A stretch of 62,667 nt of DNA, filler included, from Globobulimina sp. (lineage: Eukaryota), in NCBI GenBank assembly GCA_003354225.1. It is 33 parts of 33 records of this genome, joined end to end, with 100 filler letters (N's around TTAATTAATTAA, not from the genome) between each part and the next. Parts side by side here need not be neighbours in the genome. Positions count along the whole stretch, not along the records: positions 47,563 to 49,363 come from PIVH01011792.1; positions 49,464 to 51,264 come from PIVH01011793.1; positions 51,365 to 53,165 come from PIVH01011794.1; positions 53,266 to 55,066 come from PIVH01011795.1; positions 55,167 to 56,967 come from PIVH01011796.1; positions 57,068 to 58,867 come from PIVH01011797.1; positions 58,968 to 60,767 come from PIVH01011798.1; 26 more parts are not named here. One strand, given 5' to 3'. How positions within the stretch are numbered: the first letter of the stretch is position 1; the number at the start of each line of letters is the position of its first letter. The translations under genes were made by a program, and so were the position numbers. Below are positions 47,563 through 58,991 of the stretch, in pieces. The notes beneath the pieces are model-generated. The model saw only the letters and a list, made by a program, of their open reading frames with translations. It had not been told where the DNA came from and ran no database searches.

Positions 47563-48887
47563 TAGATGGTGAAGCCTCTACAGTCTCAAAAACCATTGTC
47601 ATTCCTCAGCTAGCTGTCAGTGAACATTCCTGTGAACATTTGCATATGGATGAATGTGGACAGCGGTCAATATTTCAATCTGATGGAATTTGTGACACCT
47701 TGGACAATGTTATTTCGTCAAATGTGGTGTCAGGTCAGTCAACTGTCAGCCAAACCATATCTCGTGCTTCTAGACATTCTCCTAGTCCCAGTTCCAGTCT
47801 CATCCGAGAGGGAGGAAACACCAATCAGCAGGATTCGTCGTCATTTGAGCGGATTTCGTCTGAAAGTGAAGTTGCAGTGTCCGTGCCAGGACAGGTCGTT
47901 TCCCCTGTGGCTCATCAGTCAGTTGTGACATCGCCTGTGGCTATGGATTCACGCCCTGTGCGATCTTTCTATTCCGTACCTGAACCGGTCTGTAATGTGC
48001 CAAAACCGGTCGTTATCGTCAACTCTGTGCCACAACCGGTCGTCATCGTCAACTCTGTGCCACAACCGGTCGTCATCGTCAACTCTGTGCCACAACCGGT
48101 CGTCGTCGAACTCGAAGCAGGACCAGAGGGAGGTAGTTGTCAAGAAGAAGCAGTTGGTGACAATAGTGATGTGTACCATGGAATATTGTCTATTCCGGTA
48201 TTGACTGACAGTAATTACATTCTGTGGCGTCAAAAAGTTATCTCGGCTCTTAAATTCGAAGGACTGTGGAACATTGTCATGGGTGAAGAAGTTTACAGTG
48301 GAACAGTTGTGTCAGCCAGAGAAGATTTCGTTCGAAGGTCTGAATGTGCCTGGAGGATTATTTATTTGCGATTTTCCTGGGAAAGTCATCCCCTTAAATC
48401 CATCTACTCGGCTATTTTGGACACTAAGGATCCAGCGCGACTGTGGAAAATCATCAATGACTATTATGAATGTGGTCGTGCCCCTGTTCCTGTCATTTCC
48501 CAAGAGACAATTGTTCAGTCAACAGAGACAATCGAATCTAATCAATCAATCCAGTCTTCATTCAGCTTATATGCTATGGATCACTCCTATGCTAATAGTG
48601 ATAGTGCCGTCGACCAGGAGTGGGTCGCAGGCACCACTATGGGTGAGTATTGTTCCCCTAAAGCTGATAAGAGCACATGTGCTACTTTGCAGGATCCGGA
48701 AAATTCAATGGATCAAGAAGAAAAACGCCAATCGACAGAATCGCCTGTTATAGCAGTTGCCCCGGGAGGTGAATCGCCTGGATTAGTTATTGCCCCGGAA
48801 ATCAGTGCAACTATGGAAATCAACCATGTTTGGAGGAAGAAACAAAAGAAAAAGAAACCTAAGTCGAGAAAGAAGCAGCATAAGTAA
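47563..48887 (+). mobile_element. ORF containing a Copia-type gag (UBN2/gag_2-like) region
   Basis: IPVLTDSNYILWRQKVISALKFEGLWNIVMGEE...A..IIYL...TKDPARLWKII; no zinc knuckle or pol follows. Confidence 0.75.
48003..48112 (+). repeat. 30-bp in-frame tandem repeat (PQPVVIVNSV), about 3.5 copies
   Basis: AACTCTGTGCCACAACCGGTCGTCATCGTC repeated. Confidence 0.95.
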
Positions 48888-49463
48888 CTTTGTATTTTAA
48901 ATATGCCCCTTATTTGATATATTTTATTTATGATATCTATTTTATTATGCTATATTTTGGTTACACAGTGTGCATGACTTGTTATGTCATTTTGTCCCTG
49001 TTATTCATGTTTTTTCAGGATGCAGCTGTGTCAGGGGTATATGGTCCATTCATGCAATTTTACAATTTGGTTACTTATGTGTTATTGATTTGTAATATTT
49101 ATGGTATATGCAATGTTATATTATGTGCATGGTACCTGTCTGCTTCTTACATCTTTGTTTTGATTTTGTGGTTTCTTTGTACAGTCAGTCTTTCATATGT
49201 ATTCTGGTTGAATACAACTGTACTTTTCTTTCAGATGTATGTACTAGTGTACATACTTTATGTTTCTGTACTTTCTTTCAGCTGTATGTAATGGAGTACA
49301 TACTTTCTGCTTTATGTACTGTTGAGTACATATTTTCTGTCTTTACTCAATGTAGCTACGATCNNNNNNNNNNNNNNNNNNNNNNNNNNNNNNNNNNNNN
49401 NNNNNNNTTAATTAATTAANNNNNNNNNNNNNNNNNNNNNNNNNNNNNNNNNNNNNNNNNNNN

Positions 49464-49652
49464 TTTTGGCGGTCTTTGTGTGTCGTGTTCAGTTTTGGCG
49501 GTCTTTGTGTGTCGTGTTCAGTTTTGGCGGTCTTTGTGTGTCGTGTTCAGTTTTGGCGGTCTTTGTGTGTCGTGTTCAGTTTTTGGCGGTCTTTGTGTGT
49601 CGTGTTCAGTTTTGGCGGTCTTTGTGTGTCGTGTTCAGTTTTTGGAGGTCTT
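49464..49652. repeat. 29-30-bp minisatellite, 6 copies plus a partial, at contig edge
   Basis: TTTTGGCGGTCTTTGTGTGTCGTGTTCAG head to tail with no spacers. Confidence 0.97.
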
Positions 49653-49716
49653 CTTTGTCTGGCTAGGGTGCCAAGACTTTGTCGTTTCATAACTACTTAT
49701 TTTTTTGCAAATATAT

Positions 49717-50017
49717 TTGTATAAAACGTTTAGAAACGTTTTTGTATAATACAACAGCATGGACTAAACTCAAATATCCATTTGGATTGTCATACCATTA
49801 GCCATTATCTTATCTTTCTAGTTCTCTTTGCAACATAGTTGCATCGAAGGGATGATGTAGAGAAAGAAATGTGATAAGTTTTTAAAAACCTTACTTCAAA
49901 ATGTAACAGCATCATCATCCTTTCGATGCAACAATGCTGCAAAGAGAACTAGATCAGATAATGGCTAATGGTATGAGTTAAGTTGTTGTATTATACAAAA
50001 ACAAACATTTTATACAA
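49717..50017. mobile_element. About 300-bp foldback/MITE-like element
   Basis: Inner arms 49790..49857 vs 49913..49976 and outer arms 49717..49755 vs 49985..50017 are imperfect reverse complements. Confidence 0.75.
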
Positions 50018-50857
50018 CATAGAACAGCACAAAGTGTACGGCGAGCGATGAGGAGAAACATGATATGGATGGTGAGTTTGGAAGGGAACAGGACTTAGTT
50101 TGGCGCGTAAATATTTTGGTAAAGGCGGCGAACGGCGCTTATTATATAGTTTCCCGCCGTTCTGCCGATGAAATGTTCCAATTTGTACATCAGATCTGCA
50201 ATGCGTGTGTTTGCACGGCGCTTTGGGTGCAGATGGCTGTGGTTTTAGTGATATTTGCTATGAGCTCGTATCGCAGTCATTTTTGTGCTTTGAAGAGCAT
50301 GTCTCAGACAGCGGTGAACAGTATGAAGCGATTCAAGATGGGAGAATTTTGATACGTTTAGGCATAACAATATTTGTACTGAAATCGAGTATGTGTTTGT
50401 ATGTGTTTTTGTATGGAATGTTTATTTTGCAAACTGCAATGAAAAACAAAAAAATAAATGTATCAAATTGTTAATAATGTAGCTCAAAAAGAGCCACCAG
50501 TTTACTGGTGATTTGGGTTTGAATCCCAACATTTATTTTGCACAGAGATTATTATACATTTATTTTTTTGGTTTAGACTACAAATAATCTGTTCAAAAAT
50601 TTGTTTTTCCTTTTGTTATACTTTTGTGTTTGCATTCTACTTTTCCTACATTTTTTTTTGTTATGCGCAATTTATGTTTTGTCGTAAGCAATTTTTTTGT
50701 TGTCTTAATGTCATATTCAAAGTAATTTATGTCATGAGCAATTTAATTTATGTCCTAAGCAATTTATTTTATGGAAAAGCACCCTTTCTTGTCCTAAGCA
50801 ATTTATTTCTTGTCCTGACCAATTTTTTTTTGGTCTTTTTACAATTTTTTGTAATAT

Positions 50858-51235
50858 TTGAGGATTTTTAAACTGCTGAACTGGCAAAGCAATTCCGGCC
50901 GATTCATCAAAACAACGCCTGAAAATATACAATATTATTTGAACAACATCAATGATATAATGGATGGAGAATATATGTTATCAGTAAAGGATATCATAAC
51001 ACATCCCACCATTACAGGTATTGATGAAATAAACTTTGACATAAAAGAGAATAAGTTTAAATTTATAGACATAGGCAGCAATGCTTTAAATATACAATCA
51101 TACATACATTTATTTGATAATACCAGTATGGTCATTTATATGTTGTCATTGTCCGATTACTGCAGAAATATAACAACGAAAAACGGAATTGTAGTGAATG
51201 CGATGTTATATTCAGCGAATTTTGTGTGTTTATGA
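50858..51235 (+). CDS. Degenerate heterotrimeric G-protein alpha-like fragment
   Basis: ENIQYYLNNINDI...EY.LSVKDII....ITGIDEINF....FKFIDIG...YIHLFDNTSMVIYMLSLSDY...NAMLYS aligns with G-alpha helical domain end through switch III. Confidence 0.75.
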   Translation: MRIFKLLNWQSNSGRFIKTTPENIQYYLNNINDIMDGEYMLSVKDIITHPTITGIDEINFDIKENKFKFIDIGSNALNIQSYIHLFDNTSMVIYMLSLSDYCRNITTKNGIVVNAMLYSANFVCL

Positions 51236-51406
51236 ATAAAACGGATATATTCAGACTCAAATTANNNNNNNNNNNNNNNNNNNNNNNNNNNNNNNNNNNN
51301 NNNNNNNNTTAATTAATTAANNNNNNNNNNNNNNNNNNNNNNNNNNNNNNNNNNNNNNNNNNNNGTTGGTGTCACAAAATGTCAAAAATGTGGTCAATCA
51401 AATTGT

Positions 51407-52336
51407 TTGTCAAATTGCACTCCAATTCAGAGTGAAAAATCAGCCAAAGGGCAAAGTAATGTATGTCAGTCAACTTGGCAGCAGTCTGATGACAAATTCA
51501 AGGATGGGATACAAAAATGTGGCACAATTCAAAATTTGGTCATTACTGACAACACAAAGGTTGTGTCTGAATCAATTTGCTCAACAAAATTGCTGAATAG
51601 TATTTCATCATCATTACCTAAACTGCGACCAGCTGCTAAGCCACCAGACACTCAAATTCAAATGGGAATGCTCAACACAATATTACAAGATAAGTTTATG
51701 TTTACTTTACAAATAGGTAATATTGTAAATTTGGTGCAAATTAATGAAAGTTGTTGGAAATATTTGCTGCAAACAGCATATAATCGACCACCACCAAAAC
51801 CACCTTATTTGAAATATCTTGCTTTTCAGATGCAAAGTGATTCAAATTTGATGCATTCTGAATCAAGTGTACTATTTATTCTGTACACACATTCAAGGGA
51901 AATGATCAAGGAATGTCCTATGGAAAACCATACAATGGACACAATCAAACAGTCTGAAGCAGTCACTGTGCAAACAGAAGTGACACAAGTCACAACAATT
52001 AAAGATGTTAAATACACACAAACAGCACATGACACAGACAAACAACAATTTACAGTCACAACACATGACTCAGCTCAAACCACAGGCACAATACCTGGTA
52101 TATCTTCTATTTCTAGATCTCATACTTCTAGTGGACCAGTCAAAGGTGCAGCTGTGGAAACAATGGTTGAACCCAATGGAAGACAATTTCAATTGTCGGG
52201 GGAGTGTCGCGAAGGACGCGAAAGGAAAAGCAATCCAGTCCAACGATTATCCCTAAGTTTTACCTGCCCCTGGGTTACTGTAAAATATATGAATTTAACG
52301 CTCATAGGCTTTATAACAAAACTTTCACATTACTAA
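51407..52336 (+). CDS. Uncharacterised ORF, possibly the 3' region of an LTR retrotransposon
   Basis: 309-aa ORF with AKPPD and PPPKPP; GGGGGAG followed directly by TGT at 52198-52207 resembles a PPT/LTR boundary. Confidence 0.35.
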   Translation: MSNCTPIQSEKSAKGQSNVCQSTWQQSDDKFKDGIQKCGTIQNLVITDNTKVVSESICSTKLLNSISSSLPKLRPAAKPPDTQIQMGMLNTILQDKFMFTLQIGNIVNLVQINESCWKYLLQTAYNRPPPKPPYLKYLAFQMQSDSNLMHSESSVLFILYTHSREMIKECPMENHTMDTIKQSEAVTVQTEVTQVTTIKDVKYTQTAHDTDKQQFTVTTHDSAQTTGTIPGISSISRSHTSSGPVKGAAVETMVEPNGRQFQLSGECREGRERKSNPVQRLSLSFTCPWVTVKYMNLTLIGFITKLSHY

Positions 52337-53616
52337 AACACGCCTCTTAAAGGTACGGTAGTTCATATGTTTTTACGGTAACTTAGGTTTTATGTATCGT
52401 GTAAATATTCAGCTAAATTGCGCTACTTCCAGGAGTTTCCGGTTGCACAATTTGCCGCCAGAATTCCTTTGTGGACTTTTATTATTGGCGAAAACGGCGA
52501 CGCGAGGAGGAGGAAATTATATAAAGAAATTTATTTTCGATTAATTGTAACTGAATTGTTCTGGTAATTTCACATTATTTTTACTCGGCATATTGTAATA
52601 AATTGTGTATACGATCTGTCTTAATCCGAAATATTGTGGAATCTGGGACAAAAAAGGGTTAATTTTTCTTCTTCACGAAAATCGTACAAAAAGGTTGATT
52701 GGTCATTATAGCTACAAAAGCTGACCTTTCTACCTTATAATATAATTCTGTTGTTGGTCGGTTATTGATATTTGTTCTCGCAGGGTCGAAGGTTGGTCGT
52801 TGCAGTCTGTTCCATTACAAGGTTAGTTTAATCAACCCCCAACATTAGTTGGAGGATTGGATGAAACTACTACCTAGCTGCTTACGAATAACAAATAATA
52901 ATAACTACAAAACACACCTTGGTGTAGTCTCTGATGAAACATCTCTTGGGCTGCTTAATAACAATAAAATTTGTGTTGTCTATATTTCAGAGATATAGTG
53001 CAACATAAAGCAAACAACATTAAGACACAGTCCATATTAACATTAAAACATATCTAATAATCGCCCACGCAACACTTACCAAATAACAAAGTTGATGATA
53101 AGGACAACGTAAATGAGACAAAATCCCAGCTGTAGAACCAATGTCTTTATCTGGCATCATCCAATNNNNNNNNNNNNNNNNNNNNNNNNNNNNNNNNNNN
53201 NNNNNNNNNTTAATTAATTAANNNNNNNNNNNNNNNNNNNNNNNNNNNNNNNNNNNNNNNNNNNNATGAGAACGGAAAAAAGAAGTACGTTTTGATCTAG
53301 CTCATAATTTAAAGAGCCTTGACTCACAAACTTGAAAGTTTGCATATAAATAAAATGATTTGATTAAGTATTGAATGATAGAGAATATGATTAATAATAT
53401 ATGATTACATTAATACCGAACGGGGGGGAAACATTATATTTAAAATTACTATAATTAACCTAATAACATATACAAACAAATAACAAAGAACTAAATAACA
53501 TACTTGATACAAATACAAATACAAATATACAAAATAATAATAAATCCCCACCCGAACATTCTGATTATAATTTGAGATTTTTAATTGAATTACGATATCA
53601 GCTTCTTCTCTGTAAT

Positions 53617-54924
53617 TCAATGATCTAAAAGAAAATCAGCTTCTTCTCTGTCAAAATCAAATTGTTTATCATATCTAAATCTTATATCTTGTTTGGCATT
53701 GAAATAAATATATGCTAACTTAATCATATCCCCTTCCGCGTAATTTACATATATATAAAAACTATCTTTTAGTTTCCAACGACCAACCCATGCTACTAAA
53801 CCACGCTCAACACCTAATCGACTTAACTGTGATGCAAATCCTTTACGTAAACTATGTGGTTTTTGTAATCGATTCGATTGGAAGAAACCAATATAATTAA
53901 TCAAATCACGATAAATATCTCGAAAATCATCAGTGTTTATGGGTTTCCCCATATGTTGAAATAAATGTGATTTGTTTTTCCACGAGAAATGTTGCGGGAA
54001 TTTCTTGGCTAAAATAGTCAAAGAATGAAATAAATTAAATAGCATAAGAGCAGGATCAATCTGATGATCTGATCTACCAATCATAACATATGCTGTTTCT
54101 CCCGTATTGCGCATTTTGCTGTTTTGCAATGTAATCATAGCGCCATAAAATGTAATTTGATTAAATGATTTATTGTCAGGAACAATAACATATTCATTCG
54201 AATGATCAACGTCTTTGATTTTATGAAATAAAATAATATCACATTTGCGAATACCATACGTATGATTTTTGTCTTTGTAGGGATGAAAAGTTTCTCCTAT
54301 TCTTAACCCTGTGACAGCCATAATATTTACAGCAACCAAACTCATACGAATTTTCATGCAAAATGGGTAAAATATAACTTCTTCGCATACAATTAAATAA
54401 TGTTTGGATGCAATGATGAACTCAGTCGAAGATTTATTGGATTTATAATATAGAAATTTATCACATACAATTTTATTAAATCTAATTAAATGATTGCGTA
54501 AAAATGGTAAAGCAGTATTATTTGGGTCTGATGCATTCTGTTTCTTGCCATAATCAATTAAATTCATTAAGGATGGATTTGTTGACCATGATGTCGGAGT
54601 TAATGCTAATTTGTTGAAGTGATCCACTGCACAGAGTTTGTATCGTACTGTACTCCATTTATTGACTCTTTTTCTAACCCATAGACAGTCAATCATCCAG
54701 ACCATCAAAAATATATCTTCTGTGGGAAAAACTAAAAATTCTGATTTGGGAATTTTAAGCCGTGTCATTGTGTTGCAAAATTCATAGAAATTCGATGTGT
54801 ATGTATCTTCCGTCGAAAATTTAATGCCACGCGACATCATTCGATTAAAACCTAATGCATGAATTGGTAAACAATTCCATATTTTATGAGTAAAATTCGA
54901 ATTGCGGGCACGACCTAAATTCAA
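53617..54924 (-). mobile_element. Tyrosine recombinase, DIRS/Crypton-like, divergent from the one at 2133
   Basis: AVTGLRIGET (Arg), QNSK (Lys), KPHSLRKGFAS (HxxR), VGRWK...SFYIY (Trp, Tyr). Confidence 0.9.
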
Positions 54925-55495
54925 ATAAGTAATTTGCTACTTGTGTATGCATAATATTTGTATCTATACTATAATGGATTTGTTGTCAGTGTTAATCATA
55001 GAAATGATATGTCAGGGTACTCGAAAGGAGTCGGTTTGTTGTCAAAAAGCGCTCATTGCCCCATTCNNNNNNNNNNNNNNNNNNNNNNNNNNNNNNNNNN
55101 NNNNNNNNNNTTAATTAATTAANNNNNNNNNNNNNNNNNNNNNNNNNNNNNNNNNNNNNNNNNNNNACTTGTTCGCCCATTTTAGCTCAGTTTGGTGGAG
55201 AAAAAAAAAAACGCTCCTTGGTACTGCATGATCATACATAAATATGATCATACATATAATCATACATGATCATACAGTGATCATATAATCATACATAAAT
55301 AAAATCGTACATTCTATAATGTAGGATCACATTTTGCCTGGGAAAGGTCGCCCAGACTTCTGTAGTCATACAATATGATCATTTGTATGATTCTTCCTCT
55401 TATAGGAGTTACCACTGTAAATTGTTTTTAATTATAACTAATTCATCAATTGAATTTTTCTCGATATTATCATTAAATATCAATCCATTTAATTG

Positions 55496-56743
55496 TCATA
55501 TTTTCATTTTTGCGAAATTAAAATGGTCCAAAATGTCGTGGTCTTTCCAAATAGTTTGGATTTTATTTTTATTGACAATTTTAGGAATATTTTCATTGTC
55601 AATATCGTCAGATTCATCTTCTTCCATTTTATTTTCATTTTTATTGTCATTTTTCTCGTTTAATTTTTTCTGTTGCGAAAATTCAAGAAATTTCTTTATT
55701 TTTGAACGTAATAATTTAATATGAATCTTTTTCAAATTCACTTCAGTTTTATTAATACGTGATTTTATTTCTTCTCTTCTGGCTCTAATTAATTTGTACG
55801 ATGGGCAAATATTTACAATGTCATCATTTAATTTTAGATACAGATTTTCCTCGATTTTCTTGAGTTTATTTTTATAATTTGAATTTTCTATGTTTTTAAT
55901 CCATTCTTTTTTCTTATTCCGTTTATTTGCCAATTTATTCATCGATTTACGATCATTTTTAATGATAAAATTCTGTGATAGATCCACAGAAATATAATCT
56001 TCAATTTTTAATGCAGAATATCGATGTTCTAATGATTTGCGATGATTTGCAATAATGTTTACAAATAATTTTGTTTGTTCAACGCAATCATTATTAGTTT
56101 CAATTAATTCCTCTCTCAATTTCTTTGGGCACCATTCGACATTTTTAAATTCTGTAGAAATGCCAGTTAAATAGCTGTCGTAATTGGTGATTGTGTCGGA
56201 AATAATGGATTTAATGTCACTTTGTATAAATTCTAATGTTTGATCTTGTAAATCTTTATATAATTTTAACATATTTTGCGCGTTTACCATATCTAATAAA
56301 CGTACATTGCCATCAAATGTTTCTTGCGCGATGGGATGATGCAATTGCAATTTTCCTGTCGACGTAGTAAACCAATGAATATTTTGAGCGCAGTTATCAT
56401 AATTTTCTACGGATTTCAATGATTGCATTTCAATGTCGCGTTTTTTGTTTTGTATTCTAATTTTAATAATTTTAATATTAAGTTTTTTAATCACATTTAA
56501 TGGCGTAATAAATAAGGGATGTAATTTAAGTGATGATTCATTTAAAATGTCTTTTAATTCAGCGATATTTGATGGCAATATTTGAATATCATTAAATAAT
56601 TCATTCTCATCAATACCATATCTCATACGCTTTGAAGGCGGTGAACTGTATTTTCTCTTTCTTGAAACTTTGTTTTTATTATTATTATTGCGTTTTTGGG
56701 AAAGACGCTGAAAATGCTGTGGTGATTTGCCACTGCCAGACAT
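55496..56743 (-). CDS. Lys/Asn-rich helical hypothetical protein, intronless
   Basis: 415-aa ATG-initiated ORF; frame stays open for 28 codons past the TGA, so the stop may be premature. Confidence 0.6.
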   Translation of the reverse strand: MSGSGKSPQHFQRLSQKRNNNNKNKVSRKRKYSSPPSKRMRYGIDENELFNDIQILPSNIAELKDILNESSLKLHPLFITPLNVIKKLNIKIIKIRIQNKKRDIEMQSLKSVENYDNCAQNIHWFTTSTGKLQLHHPIAQETFDGNVRLLDMVNAQNMLKLYKDLQDQTLEFIQSDIKSIISDTITNYDSYLTGISTEFKNVEWCPKKLREELIETNNDCVEQTKLFVNIIANHRKSLEHRYSALKIEDYISVDLSQNFIIKNDRKSMNKLANKRNKKKEWIKNIENSNYKNKLKKIEENLYLKLNDDIVNICPSYKLIRARREEIKSRINKTEVNLKKIHIKLLRSKIKKFLEFSQQKKLNEKNDNKNENKMEEDESDDIDNENIPKIVNKNKIQTIWKDHDILDHFNFAKMKI

Positions 56744-57573
56744 GAATATATTTCGGGTTACGCTTTGATAAAAGACGTAGTTTTGATGTTGTACGCTAAT
56801 ACAACGGTGTGTGATAAAACCGGTTGTCAGAGTGACAGGGACGGCAAATCTAAATATAAAAGGGGAAATACAATGAAGTATTTGGGAGACTCGTTGATGT
56901 ACAATTCAATTAATCTAAAATGAATTATATTTAATGTGGTACCTCGTCTCTAAATGTGAGACTCTAANNNNNNNNNNNNNNNNNNNNNNNNNNNNNNNNN
57001 NNNNNNNNNNNTTAATTAATTAANNNNNNNNNNNNNNNNNNNNNNNNNNNNNNNNNNNNNNNNNNNNGAGAAAATTTATTTCTTTACGCATCTAAAGAGA
57101 ATATTTGTCGCTTCTTAATCGCAAAAAATTTGAGCAACATATCTTATCGGGATGAAAAAAAACATTGTATACAGAAGTGTCCCAAATCATAACATTTTCT
57201 ACGTCTCAATCTGAGCTGAAGAAAAATAGAGCAAACTTAAGCATAAAAATAGTATAGGTGATCACGTATCTGCGTTCATATATCTGCTTCATATTGTATA
57301 GGTCAATATAAGGGTCAATATTACTATATCTTAATAGCGAGGAAAAATAGAGCAACTATAGGAATTTTGAGCAACTTTTGTCCCAAATGCTAAGCATATT
57401 ATTTTCTCTTCATATTTACTTCAATGTTATCTAATGCCTATATAAGAGGTTTATTATTTGTTCTTAGTTAAGCATATTATTTTATCCAATTATCTTAATA
57501 TCGTATCCAATTTCTTTAATACTGGCGCATTAATTCATCTCTTACGTATTATATAACGTATCTTATTCACATA

Positions 57574-57825
57574 TTATATAGTGCGCTTAATTGTTGTTGG
57601 GCCACAACTAATGACCGCTAGTGATATTAGCTTATCGTCAGACATCATATATGAGAATCGTCTATCTCGCATCACTATTAAGTGAGATTCCTTTCTCCTA
57701 TGCACATAAGTGTATTCTTCAATTGATTCAATTTGGTTTAGGACGTTTTTGTACCGTTCCGCTGTTTCTAATGCATATTTGTTGCACATTATAATGTCTT
57801 CGAGTTCTTTTGGTAAGAAGTTCAT
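57574..57825 (-). CDS. Small hypothetical protein, tandem paralogue 1
   Basis: MNFLPKELEDIIMCNKYALETAERYKNVLNQIESIE shared with its two neighbours. Confidence 0.85.
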   Translation of the reverse strand: MNFLPKELEDIIMCNKYALETAERYKNVLNQIESIEEYTYVHRRKESHLIVMRDRRFSYMMSDDKLISLAVISCGPTTIKRTI

Positions 57826-57935
57826 CTGTATTGTATATAGTATAACAATATAATAGGATACAAAATATCCCTATAAAATGATATTATTGACTCATTTTCT
57901 CCGAGGCTATTTTCCAGAGCTTCATAATTCACTTA

Positions 57936-58199
57936 TTAATCAAGTATATGAGTAATTATATCAATTCCTTTCACTTTAACGCAGATAAGTTTTCCAGTTT
58001 CCGAGGCCACCATATATTGAAATCGTAAATCTCCCAATTCGATGGCGTGCTGAATTCCATTACGTTCATCAATATAGGGATAAGTTGTCGTTTCAATTGA
58101 TTCTATGTCTCGTAGGACGGTTTTGTATTGTTCAGCGGTTTCTAATGCATATTTGTTGCACATTATGATATCTTCTATGTCCTTTGGTAAGAAGTTCAT
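57936..58199 (-). CDS. Small hypothetical protein, tandem paralogue 2
   Basis: MNFLPKDIEDIIMCNKYALETAEQYKTVLRDIESIE. Confidence 0.85.
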   Translation of the reverse strand: MNFLPKDIEDIIMCNKYALETAEQYKTVLRDIESIETTTYPYIDERNGIQHAIELGDLRFQYMVASETGKLICVKVKGIDIITHILD

Positions 58200-58313
58200 T
58201 ATAGTATATAGAATTATAATTTTCCGAGATTAGTTTGGGATAAATTATATTATTGACTTATTTCTCTCAGGATATTTTCCAAGGCTATTTTCCAGAGCTT
58301 CATAATTCTCTCA

Positions 58314-58571
58314 TTAATCAAGAAAGCTAATAGATGCACCCATCCCTATTATATGAAGGCATAATAATTTTCCCGAGAGGATTTGATAAGAAAATTGGGT
58401 GTTTTTCAATATGATAATATGCTGATCGGCATTATCTTCGTCTATATAGGGATGAATTATTGTTTCGATTGATTCAATTTGTCGAATGACGCGTTTATAT
58501 TTCTCAGCGGTTTCTAATGCATATTTGTCATTCATTATGATATCTTCAATGTCCTTTGGTAAGAAGTTCAT
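58314..58571 (-). CDS. Small hypothetical protein, tandem paralogue 3 (start reassigned to ATG 58571)
   Basis: MNFLPKDIEDIIMNDKYALETAEKYKRVIRQIESIE; start inferred from paralogues. Confidence 0.85.
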   Translation of the reverse strand: MNFLPKDIEDIIMNDKYALETAEKYKRVIRQIESIETIIHPYIDEDNADQHIIILKNTQFSYQILSGKLLCLHIIGMGASISFLD

Positions 58572-58991
58572 TATAGTATATAGCATTATAAATTCGTGGG
58601 TTTCGTTTGGGATAAATGATATAATTGACTTGTTTCCGAGCGTATTTGGTATTAATTTTGGGACACTTTTTGTGACGCCTTTTGGGACAACTTTTCTGAG
58701 CGCATTTCCAAAATACAAAAATATATATCCTTAGAGATATCTAAAGGATATTTATTTCCGAGGAGTTTTGCACGGATGTTCCTGGCAGATGTATTACGGT
58801 GCTCGGAGGCAGATTGCATGATAACGCTATTAGCGCTACGTATAAAAACAGTATATAAATCACTAAANNNNNNNNNNNNNNNNNNNNNNNNNNNNNNNNN
58901 NNNNNNNNNNNTTAATTAATTAANNNNNNNNNNNNNNNNNNNNNNNNNNNNNNNNNNNNNNNNNNNNATAAGTCATAAAATGTCAACAACA

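Noticed and set aside
49464-49652. 29-bp repeats as a CRISPR array
   Set aside because: Units are head to tail with no unique spacers, and no cas genes are present.
52347-52370. TTAAAGGTAC as the start of another Kolobok-like element
   Set aside because: No matching inverted end found within the contig.
55225-55300. ATCATACAT-type repeats as telomeric sequence
   Set aside because: Irregular, short and not at the contig terminus; treated as simple low-complexity repeat.
57574-58571. Diversity-generating retroelement behind the variable C-termini
   Set aside because: Differences include indels and are spread across the C-terminal halves; no near-identical template repeat or DGR-type RT is on the contig.
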